A DNA stretch of 64,000 bases. Source: Vicugna vicugna (taxonomy: Eukaryota). Made by a program: the position numbers and the translations under genes. How positions within the stretch are numbered: the stretch's first letter is position 1; each line of letters starts with the position of its first letter. The notes below the pieces were generated by a model. It saw nothing but the letters and a program-made list of their open reading frames with translations, made no database searches and was not told the DNA's origin. Location: assembly GCA_013265495.1 (NCBI GenBank), contig MU057951.1:283599-347598 (forward strand). Direction: 5' to 3'. Shown piece after piece: positions 27,400-38,584 of the stretch.

Positions 27400-29150
27400 T
27401 TTCTTTTTTTAATTTTATTTTACTGAGTTACAGTCATTTACAATGTTGTGTCAATTTCCAGTGTAGAGCACAATTTTTCAGTTATACATGAACATCCATA
27501 TATTCATTGTCACATTCTCTTTCACTGTGAGCTACCACAAGATCTTGTGTATATTTCCCTGTGTGATACAGTATGTTCTTATTTATCTATTCTATATATA
27601 CCTGTCAGTATCTACAAATTTCAAACTCCCTGTCTATCCCTTTCCACCCCCCTCCTCCCTGGCAACCAGAAGTTTGCATTCTTTGTTTATGAGACTGTTT
27701 CTGTTTTGTATTTACATTCATTTGTCCTTTTCTTTTCTTTTTAGATTCCACATATGAGTGATCTCATGTGATATTTTTCTGTCTCTTTCTGGATTACTTC
27801 GCTTAGAATGACATTCTCCAGGAACATCCATATTGCTGCAAATGGCATTATGTTGTCAGTTTTTATGGCTGAATAGTACTCCATTGTATAAATATAACAC
27901 ATCTTTTTTATCCACTCATATATTGATGGGCATTTAGGCTGTTTCCATATCTGGGCTATTGTAAATAGTGCTGCTATGAACATAGGGGTGCAAGTGTCTT
28001 TTTGAAGTAGGGTTCCTTCCAGATATATGCCCAGGAGTGGGATTCCTGGGTCATATGGTAAGTCAATTCCTAGTCTTTTGAGGAATCTCAATACTGTTTT
28101 CCACACTGGCCGCACAAATCTGCATTCCCAGCAGCAGTGTAGGAGTATTCCCTTTTCTCCACAGCCTCTCCAACATTTGTCATTTGTGGACTTTTGAATG
28201 ATGGCCATTATGGCTGGTGTGAGGTGATAGCTCATTGTAGTTTTGATTTGCATTTCTCTGATAATTAGTGAAACTGAGCATTTTTTCATGTGTCTATTGA
28301 TCATTTGTATTTCTTCCTTGGAGAATTGGTTGTTTATGTCTTCTGCCGATTTTTGGACTTTTTTTTATATTAAGCTGTATGAGCTGCTTATATATTCTGG
28401 AGATCAAGCCTTTATCGGTTTCATCATTGCAAAAATTTCTCCCATTCTGTAGGTTTTCATTTTGTTTTGCTTATGCTTTCCTTTGCTGTGCAGAAGCTTG
28501 TACGTTTAATTAGGTCCCATTTGTTTATTCTTGCTTTTATTTTGATTGCTTGGGTAGACTGCCCTAGGAGAACATTTTTGAGATGTATGTCAGACAATGC
28601 ATTCCCAAGGTTTTCTTCTAGGAGGTTTATTGTATCTTGTCTTATGATTAAGTCTTTGATCCATTTTGAGATTATTTTTGTGTATGGTGTAAGGGAGTGT
28701 TCTAGCTTCATTGCTTTACATGCTGTTGTCCAGTATTCCCAACACCATTTGCTGAAGAGGGTGTCTTTGTTCCATTGTATGTTCTTGCCTCTGTTGTCGA
28801 AGATTAGTTAATCAAAAGTTTGTGGGTTCATTTCTGGACTCTCTATTCTGTTCCATTGGTCCATATGTCTGTTTTTGTACCAATACCATGCTGTTTTGAT
28901 TACTGTAGCTCTATAGTATTGTCTGAAGTCTGGGTGGGTTGTTCCTCCAGCTTCTTTCTTTTTCTTCAGTGATGCTTTGTCAATTCTAGGTCTTTTGTGG
29001 TTCCATATAAATTTTATTATGATTTGTTCAAGTTCTATGAAATATGTCCTGGGTAATTGGATAGGGATTGCGTTAAATCTGTAGATTGCCTTGGGCAGTG
29101 TGACCATTTTAACAATATTGATTCTTCCAATCAAGGAACATGGGATATCT
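27400..29150 (-). mobile_element. 5'-truncated LINE-1 (ORF2 C-terminal third plus 3' UTR)
   Basis: Minus ORFs 28808-29134, 28457-28711 and 27741-28304; T-rich tail at about 27400. Confidence 0.95.
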
Positions 29151-30460
29151 TTTGTTTTTATTTATTTTAGGCTCTATTGGGCTTAACATTCCTTGATTGT
29201 TTTTCCCCAATCCTATAGCAGGCAGGTAGCCTTGATGTGCCATCATTGCTTGGCTTATTTGACTAGATTGGGAGAGGAATGTAAATTTTAGCTTTCCATT
29301 GTTTTAATAAGTCTTTTCCCCATAGATTTATCAGCAAGTCAGCAATATAAAGTTGTATCTTAGCTGTCTGACCATCAGGGCCTCAACAATCAAGGATCAG
29401 ACTGCTACATTTTAATCCCTGGGTTCTCCCTAGACCCACAACATCAATATTTGCTGGTTGTGTTGGCCATCAACTTGGCAGTGAGTAGAATTAATGATAG
29501 AAATGTCAGCTCCAGAATCAATTAAGCCTCTGAAAGATTTTTCTTGTATTTTCACATTATAGACAGGATGTGAATCCAGAATCTTTTTGGGTAAAAACAC
29601 TCCCACCTTTCCTGTACTTCCAAATCCTTTGTTTCCTCGTACATTGTTGCTGACACCTGCAGGGTAGTATGGCAGTAGCAGCAGCTGAGCAGTTTTATTT
29701 CCTTTTTCTGCTTTTCATGGCTTTGTAGATGACATCATAACCTTCATTTCTCCTGTATAGTCACTATCTGTCACCCCAGTATGAACCCGGACACCTTGAG
29801 AAGTTAAACTCGATCTTCCTAATAACAGGCCCACTGTCCCAGGAGGAAGAGGTCCATACATTTCTGTTTCTATTAATGATGGTTCCTCTCCTGGCATAAG
29901 AATAAGTGAATTTAAACAGGGGATATCGATGGAGGCACTCCCTGAGGTTGCTGGGGATAATTCCATGACATTGTGCTATAATCTTTGTTCGCGCTGGCAT
30001 GTACAGGGAATGATCCCTTTTGTCATGGGGCTGGGAGCAAGCCCCTTTTGAAGCTTTCCTGAAGCATTGTCCCATCCTTATGCAACACAGACCTATATTG
30101 ATTTGCCCAGTGATTTCCTTTTTCACATCTTGGACAGACTCCAGGAGATTTTTCCTTTTTATTTCTCATAAAATTTTCTGGTTCAGCCTTTTGTTTTGTA
30201 TTTCTTCATTCCTTTTTTGTATGATCAATTTTTCCACAATTAAAACATTTGCCTTGAAAAGTTTCTCCTAATTTCATTCCTGCCATGACTTGCAACATCA
30301 TATTGGCCTTAAAACTTTCTATTCCCACTCTCTGGCACAATTTTATATATTCAGTCAATGAAACCTTCCCTTTATAGGGACCGATAGCCTTTTTGCAGTC
30401 CTCCTAAGCATTTTCATAAACAAGAAGTTGAAGAATTGTGTTCGCAGACTCCAATCTTGT
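29151..30460 (-). mobile_element. Betaretrovirus-like (ERV2/ERV-K class) internal fragment: gag C-terminus, dUTPase, protease, G-patch; no LTR seen
   Basis: Capsid end (LLVYENA*EDCKKAI); zinc knuckles CFNCGKIDHTKKE* and CPRCEKGNHWANQY; dUTPase ORF 29715-29966 (GLLLGRSS, GVTDSDYTGE); protease LIDSGADISII at about 29495-29525; G-patch MMAHQGYLPAIGLGKNNQG at about 29190-29250. Confidence 0.92.
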
Positions 30461-31780
30461 CTGAGTGGGAGATGGGAGAAATATGACCAGAGCAGAATAT
30501 ACTGGGCAGGTCCCATACACCTGCCTCTGTCACTGCCATGCCCCCAGACCCCTGACCTCACTGCGCAAGCCTCCTGGGAGAAAGCTAAACAGGAGAATTA
30601 TATCCCTTGAACCTGGAGAAGCAGATGCTGCCCCCCAAGGCAGGCCTCAGGGGAGATGGAAACCAATCCAGTAGCTAACACCCCAATTCTTATGCACATA
30701 CTGAGAGTCCCTGCTGTGATAATGATGACAGCGGGGGTTGGAGGTGCCCAAGACCATACTGGGCACAATACTCAGTAATTACTTCATCTACTTTAACCCT
30801 CACAAGCCCTTTATGAATTTGGTGCTTTTATTGTTTCCCTATTTGACAGATAAGGAAGCTGAGGTTGGAAGAGGAGTGCCTTTTCTAATACTAATTACCA
30901 ATGATGGAGGTGGGGCCCAGGTCATCCATCTCCAAAGTACAAAGATCTTAACACACAGAGGATGCAGGAAAATGGGCATAGAATCTGATGGGAGACACTT
31001 TTCCACTTGGTTATTTCTTCATCTGGTTTACCAAGATGTTTTCACGTTCTTACTTGAAATGTTAAGACTATATTGACCTCTTTGCAAATTACCAAGTGGA
31101 TAGAAGAAGGTCAGACACCAGATGGTCCCGAGGTCCCTCTGACTCAGTGACATTCTGAACTGCTATAAGTAACAGCCAGATACCCTTCAATCTTCCACTT
31201 CAAAAGGATAAGCCTGCACATTATGTTCAGTCATTGACTCCTGAAAGTATAGGCTGTCTTCTCCCAGCTGACCTCCCCTTTGGTGGATATGTACAAAAAT
31301 GATGTACATCCAAAACCAGGAGCTTGGGCTCCAATAATAACATACCTTATATGAATAGTATTTACATATTTTACATGCATTTCAGTAAACTCGTGAGTTT
31401 CCTAAACTCCAGGTGGTAGAAATGAAAACTTGCAACATAATGGAAAACTTTGGCACTGAAAAGTTGACTCACACTTCCCGTCCTACATAAAATTCTGTGC
31501 TGCTCAGGAGATGATGAGGAAAACTGATAATGCAATAAGTGTAGTTCCTTCCCTAAAATCACTTGTGATTTCATCGATGAGATCACATATATAGAAGAAA
31601 GCAAAAAGCCAGCGTTAATACGTGAGTGCAGTGATAAGATCTGTAGGGATTGTCTCAGGCTGAGCTCCCCAGGAAGTAGATCCTCAGACAAAAATGTGTG
31701 TGAGAGCCTGTTTCGGGCATGTTCTTCGGAAGCTCCTGGGGGGAGGCAAAGTGAAAAGTGCTATTTCAAGTGAAAACAAA

Positions 31781-32070
31781 AAAAATTCACCATCCTCCAT
31801 TTAAACCATGTGGGTTGGCAGAAAAAGCCTCCTTTCATATGGTTTCATTCATAGGGAATATCCAGGAGAGGTAAAAACAGGCAGAGAGGAAGAGGACTTG
31901 GGCTTGTCAGGGACTGGGGAGGAAGGAAGCAGACTGTGTGCTTTGGATCCAGGGTTTTACTTTGAGGAAAGAAACAGTGAGTTACTAGATAGTAGTGATG
32001 GTCGCACAGCATTGTGAATGCACCTCATCCTCCTGAATTTCACAATTCAAAAGGGAAAAGTCTATATTTT
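31781..32070 (+). repeat. Old L1 3'-end fragment, locally duplicated at 35413-35705
   Basis: Colinear with 35413-35705 (ttttactttgaggaa, cacagcatt, ctcctgaatt), including the start aaaaa(t)tcacca. Confidence 0.7.
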
Positions 32071-33400
32071 ATTGCAAGAAACTAAAAACATAAAAATAAA
32101 GGATATCATAGAAGATGTGAAAGAATCAAAGGAAACTAAAGAAAAACCAAACGAAAACAACTCGAGGGGAAGGAAAGTCAACTTTGGGTGGGGGAGGGGA
32201 TTGACCGTTGGAATTTGGAGAAGAAGGTGTGGCTGGGGGCAGAGGGTGTTCAGCCCTAGGGTGTGGTGATGCCTGAACTGGCTCTCCGTTGCCCAGCATT
32301 CCAGGTTTAGGTTCGGGAGGAGCAGTAGGAGCTGCAAGCCGGAGCTTGGGGTCTCCTGGTGGGCCCAGATCGTCCTTTCTTTGGTCTCTGGCATCTTCCC
32401 CTACTCCGCCTTCTCTGGATCTGTAACTGTTAGACTTGGAGAGAGCTTTGAGTCTTGTGGAAATGCTCAAGCTGTGACAGAAAAACAATTTACTCACGTG
32501 CCTCCCTTTCCATGTGCCTTTTCAAGAACAGAAATCTTCCCAGAGCTTTTCAGACACGTCTCACCCAGGAAGTGCCCACAGGATGTGTTCTGTGACTAAA
32601 TTCTTCCAGACAGGTGGTCTGAGGCCAGTCTTTGCTCTGGTCCCAACAGCTGCCTCTGGGGATGCCTCCCTGTGTGGCCCAGCCCTAGGCCCTCCCTCAC
32701 CTACACACATGCACCCAGCCCTGCCCTTCTCACTTTTGGGCTAAGCCTCTGTGGGCTCCTGGTCCTCCACCTGACTCATAGGGAGGAGGGCGCGATGCTC
32801 CAGGTTGGAGCTGGGTGTGTTGAGCTGCCCGTCAGCCCCAGGCATGACCCTGGTGAGAGGCCTGGGTGTTGTCTGGGCAGGAGGCCTGCCCTGTTTACCT
32901 ATGGGCCGTGGTAGTGGGGACATCTCCATGTCCAGATCCACCCAGAGCCTGTGCTGGCCCTCAGAAGTGTGGCACACCATCCCCTCACTCAGGGATGTGG
33001 AATGGGGGTTCTTGTCCACCAGCTCCTGTGGTTTCTGGCTCTGCAATGACAGTGACCACCAGCCACCCTGGCCCGGAAGTCTCAGAGCCCTGCCCGGCCA
33101 GGACCACCCCTGCTTCTGCCCACTCGACCCTCTGCTGCCACATCAGACTGGGACCTTGGTCAGTTCAGACAGTCACCCGGGAGGGAAGAGACACACCCAG
33201 AGGACATGGGCTCCACCTCGGGCAGCAGGGCCCTGCCCTGGCTCTCCACATCTCAGCCAGCCATCTTGGACCTGGGTTGTGGACGTGACCGGCCTCACAG
33301 GCCTCTGACTCTTCTTCAGCCTGCTCTTGCTTGAGGCAGGACCCTCCCACCCCAACATGATGGCCCCATCTGCACCAGCCAGGAAAGGGCTGTGGGGCTA

Positions 33401-33520
<120 letters not shown>

Positions 33521-35740
33521 TCAGCACCGATGATACAGTCCCTTGTTGCAAGCATTCCACAGGCTGCGCCTTGGGTGTTGGGACACAGCAGAATATCTCT
33601 GAGTTGCGCTGAGTCTACCAACCAAGTGAGCTGAGTAGGAAGCTCCTCTACAAAGTCGGTGTCTTGGAACTTGGAACTAAGTTCCAAGTTCTGTTGAGCT
33701 CTATTGTGAGGTCACTTCCTGGGGTCCCCTTCCCCAAGCTTCCTCCTGACACAAAGCTCCCCAAGGGAATTTCTGGGCTGCCGATGGCTCACTTCCCACC
33801 CCATGCCATGTCCACACACAGTGACACCAACTCAGCTCAGCCCTTAGCCCTGGGGAGACCTGGATTCAGCCAGGGCACCAGCTCTGGACACACCTCTGAG
33901 GACACAGCTGGGTTCAGACCCAGCTCCCCCATCAGCAGTGCTGTCACCCTGGACAAGCCACGTGCCTTTCAGTGTCTCCCCAGTCCCCCATCAGTGCAGA
34001 GGGCATCATTCAGGCCCCTGATTCCTAGGTAAGCCATATGTCTATAGACACATAAATGTCCACTGCATATGTCACCCCCATGGGCTGGGATCACAGGGAG
34101 CTCGCGCACAGACCTAGCAAATGAAGGACAACACACAGGGCTGGCGGAGCGCAGAGCACACCCTACACAGGCTGGGGTCTGCCCTGAGGAATGGAGAAAG
34201 TCACCCTTCTTGCCGCCTGCTTCCCAGCTCCCTGTCCCCAGGTTGAAATTAAATACAATCCTGAAATTGTCCACTCTGGCATACAACCTCCTAAGTCATT
34301 CTGTCATGTTTAGATTCAGGTTCAGTGTCTCATCTGGGCCTGTAGGGTGAGCTGCCCCACAGTGTCTCCCTGCTTGTTTGCCTTCTGGTCACACGTCCTT
34401 GTGTGATCCCCACACCCTCCCCTGCAGGGTGGATGGACATTGGGACCAGGTTCTGACATGTAGACTGACTTGTGAAAACGTGCATGACTTCCACACATTC
34501 CCAGCTCCAGTGTTCATTCTTTCTCTGTCTCTCAGTGCTTATCTGTCTGTTTTGTCTCTCTGTTTCTCTCTCTCCCTCTGTCTCTCTGTGTTTTAGCCTG
34601 TCTGTCTCTTTCCTGTATGTATGTGTGCATATGGTTACGTGTATATGTGTGTATTCAAGTGTGTGTATTGTTAGGACCCAGGACAGATCACTTCTGAAAA
34701 TGCCTTGATGACATATTACGTGGTATTCATGTTACTGAGGAAAAAAATCTTTGAAAGTTGTGCAAACACTTTGGTGGGATCAGCTCTAAGGATCAGTACC
34801 GCTGGGGAAGGGATGCACCTGTGGCCCTTTGATGCGTCCTGCACACTGTTCCCCCGGAGAGGAGCGTCTGTTCGCTCTTCCCTCCAGGGGACCTGCTGGG
34901 GCCTCTGCCTCCTCACGTTGTCACCAGGCTAAAGACCTGCCAGTGCGATGGTGACAAGTGCTGCCTCCACAGTGTGTCCGTCTGCCTGTGTCCTCACCTG
35001 AGAGGTTGAGCATCTCGAGCACACTGGCCACCTGCACTGCCTCTCATTGGAACTGCCTGTGTGTGTTCTGTTTCTTTTTAGAACACTGGGTTTCATAAGG
35101 TTTTTGGCCCACAAGGATATGAAATCTTTCTCTGACCTTGGGTCATGAGGAAAGCTTTTTCCACGTTGTGGTTTGGCTTTCCAGCTGTCTTTCTTGGCCT
35201 TTGTTTGTTTTTTGATTTTGTTTGATTTGTTTTGCCACAGGAAGAGCTAAGCATCTCCCTTTTGGCTCTGGTTTCATAATTAGAACAGCAGTGCCTACCC
35301 CCAGATGATGCAAAGAGTTATTAAAAGGGCTTTATTTTGTACATATCATCTTTAATTCATCTGGATTTTTCCTTTCAAAATACAAACATGCTAATTCATG
35401 TAAACACACACAAAAAAATCACCAGTCCCCTCTAAAGGTATGTGGGCACACACAAAAAGCCACTTTTAATATGATTTCATTAACAGGGAACCTCTAGGAT
35501 AGGTAAAGACACAGAAAGAGAAAGGGGATTGGTGTTTTTCATGGGCTGGAGGAGGGAGGATGTGGGCTGTGCTTTGAATACAAGTTTTTACTTTGAGGAA
35601 GGAAATAGTCTGAAACCAAACAGTGGTGTTGGTCTCACAGCATTATGAGTGCACTTAATGCTCCTGAATTGCGGAATTTTAAATGGGAAAAGGCTAAACT
35701 TTATACTTATAAACTTAAAACTTATAAGTAGATGTTACTC

Positions 35741-36451
35741 TAATAGGAAAGAACAAACATGACTCCATATTAGATCTGTTCTTTTGTCTTTAACCCTGCA
35801 CCCTGTCTTCTAGGCTTAGTCTTGCTGGCTCTGCACCTTTTGTAAAACAATGTTGCCTTTAGCCTGTCTGGTAAATGAAAGAGCTTGTTCTCAAGGCTCT
35901 GACCTTTAAGCATATTAACACTTTTGCACTGATATAAAGACAATAAGTTGCCAAATAGGAAATAACTTGTTTTGTTAGAGGTTTTGCAGGGGCACCATGA
36001 CCTGACCCACGTGGACAGCTATAGACAAAGAAAATGGTAGACTACGTCCTGGAGCACTGTCTTCCCCATGTCAGACTTCAGGTTCTGTTTCTATTGAAAA
36101 GGGGAGGGGCTGTGGTTTGTTGCTGAAAACTTCTTGGTGTAGGATTTCTTTGTTCTTGGAATCCTTTGCAGCGGTCCACGTGGGTTGGATCATGGTATCC
36201 CTGTAAAACCTCGAAGAAAACAAAGGTTATGTTCTATCCTGCAACTTGTTATCTTTATAGGAGGGCAAAAGTGTTAATATCCTTAAAGGTCAGAGCCTTG
36301 AGAATAGGCTCTCATGCATATTTCAGGCTAAAGGCAACATTGTTTTACAAAAGATGCAGAGCTAGCAAGAATAAGCCTAGATAACAGAAGACAGGTTTAA
36401 AGGAAAAGGAACAGATCTAATATGGATTCAGATCTGTTCTTTTCTATTACA
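35741..36451. mobile_element. Two related LTR 5' halves in inverted orientation (35741-36035 plus; about 36050-36451 minus)
   Basis: The arms are reverse complements, e.g. ccatattagatctgttc / gaacagatctaatatgg, ttttgtaaaacaatgttgcctttagcctg / caggctaaaggcaacattgttttacaaaa and tctcaaggctctgacctttaag / cttaaaggtcagagccttgaga. The right element ends ...attaca (TG start on minus). LTR identity is from memory. Confidence 0.8.
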
Positions 36452-37079
36452 GTGCCTTTTGGTGAGAGGTAAGAGGATGTTTACAGGTGGGTCCTCCTCT
36501 GCCCCAGGCTGGGGTAGGGTTCAGGCTCCTTCCAGGTTCACCATGACTGTGGACTTGATCTCCTGCAGAGAAAGTATCAATTATTGGTGGTTAAAATTGC
36601 AGTCAAAGTCCCTTCAATTGCCTGTAAACCATACCATGGCAAGGGACATCTCATAGGCCAGTCAACGGTCAGTCTCCCCAATGCAAGGGACCAGCAACAT
36701 GGCATGTTCCAAGGTGACCTGGCCAGTGAAGCTGCCTGCTTTGTTCTACAGCCTTGGCTTCCTAACATGAACACTTTAAAAGCTCCCATCCCTCTTCCCT
36801 TTGGCCCAGTGTGAATGAACAAGGTCCCTGCACCCACATGGACTGAGCCCACGCCATGTACCCAGCCCTGTGCACACAGCCAACTGCCTGCTCTCCATCT
36901 CTGGGCTTAGCTGCACCCTCCAAATTCCCCAATCCCTGCAGGTCCGCATTCCCAGTGCTTCTGCCCTAGGGGTCTGGATCACCATCAGGACCATCAACCA
37001 CCCCAGGTCCACAGGCCAGTTGCGGGCAGCCAGAGATCACCCTGACACTCAGACTCAGATGAGGCACTGGGCGCAGGGT

Positions 37080-38520
37080 TCAGGACACCTGGACGGGAAT
37101 TGTATCTGCCTCCAGCTCGGCCCGCCTCGCCCTGTAGCCACAGACACTAGCTATGCAGGTGCACACTAGGCCGGAACCCTCGCTGGTGGCAGTCACCATG
37201 GGGACTGGAGTCCGGACTACCAAACCCCAACCACGGGGTGAGTGGTGAGAGAGTCATCTCCAGGTAGGGGTGCACTAGGTGTGAGGGGGGAACCTGCGGT
37301 GAAGGGGGTAAAGGCTGAGAGGTGACGGGCCGCTCAGAGGGAGCTGACCCAGTTGAGGGGTGAGGGGGACCACTTCGGGATGTTGGAGGTCCTATGGTGA
37401 GGCATGAGGGGCGAGGTTGGGGTGTAGGGGCCATAAGTTAGGACCTAGCAGGATGGAATATGTGGCAGGGACCTCGGTGTGAGGAGAAGGAGCCCCATCT
37501 TCGGGGCCTGGTGAAAGACTGGGCCTGTCCAGGATGGGAGGATAGTATCGTGAAGGGAGAGGCTAGCAAGGGGAGTGGGGCTGGGGGTGTGGCCCGGCCC
37601 AGGGCGGTCGTGGCTTTAAGTGCCAGGACCCCATTGGTGGCGGTATGGGGGAACTGGGGATGGAGATCTGGGGAATGGCGGGCAGCGGTGTGGCGGGCAG
37701 GAGTGTAGGCCCGCAGGAGAGTGGGCCTGCAGAAGGGTGGGGTCCCAGCCCACCGCCCCATCGCAGGGCCCCACCCAGGTCCTCCTGGCCCCAGGCGCCA
37801 CTTCCGGTACAGCAGGAGTCCCAGCAGAAAGTCCCCGATGCCGGCGGGATGGGGAGGGGCGCGCATGCGCAAACGCACAGACGGGGACAGCGGAACCCGC
37901 GCAGAGCATGTGGCAGCCAGGTGGGAGCCAGGTGTTCCTGGAGCAGCTCCCTGAAAAGGAGCACGACCTGGAGTCTGGGCCAACGCTTACAGTCTCCTCC
38001 GCTGCCACGGCCTGGGAGGTGAAGGGGCGCTGGATGGGGCACGGAGCCGGTGAGTGTGGTCTGAGCTGCGCAGCTGGGGAGACGCATGGGTGGGGGTGCT
38101 TAGCTGAGTCCCGGGCCACGAGGCCCATTAGGACCCTGAGGAGTATCCGAGGCCGCCGCCTGGTTCGTGGTGCTGTCCCCTCTCCTTAGTAGTCCCTGAA
38201 CCCCGCGTCTTCCCTGACTCTTATTCCCGGGTTTGGGAAAGCGGGTGTGGCCCCGGAACATCTCCAACCGGCCCTCAGACCATGGCCTGCTCCCTGGAGG
38301 CTGGTGCGGTGCAGTCAGTGGGCGGCGGCTGAGAGGAAGGGTGCCTGTCCTCAGGGGGAGCAGGTGGACTTGCTCCCATGTCCTCCAGGGCCTGTTCTCG
38401 GGGCGGCCTCTGCTGCCCCGGGTTCGGAGACACATATTCATGCCAGCCCGCTCCTGGGAGGAGGGTGCAGTGCTGTCTAGGGCAGCGTCAACAGCGGGCA
38501 AGGACTTGTGGAGGACCGGG
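37080..38520. promoter_or_regulatory. GC/CpG-rich promoter-like island with NRF1 and ETS/GABP sites
   Basis: cGCGCATGCGCa (37860-37871) matches the NRF1 consensus; ACTTCCGG at 37800-37807; donor CCG|gtgagt at 38049/38050; pyrimidine tract and acceptor cctcag| at 38567. Confidence 0.7.
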
Positions 38521-38584
38521 CTCTAGCCCAGGATAACTCACTGTCCTTTCTTCTCTTGCTTCCTCAGGTGGTGGCAGTAGCGGC

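Noticed and set aside
29715..29966. Cellular dUTPase (DUT) gene
   Set aside because: It lies between gag zinc knuckles and a retroviral protease, so it is viral, and it ends in a premature stop.
37438..38526. Overlapping 125-189 aa ORFs on both strands
   Set aside because: Expected in GC-rich, stop-poor DNA; no recognisable domain.
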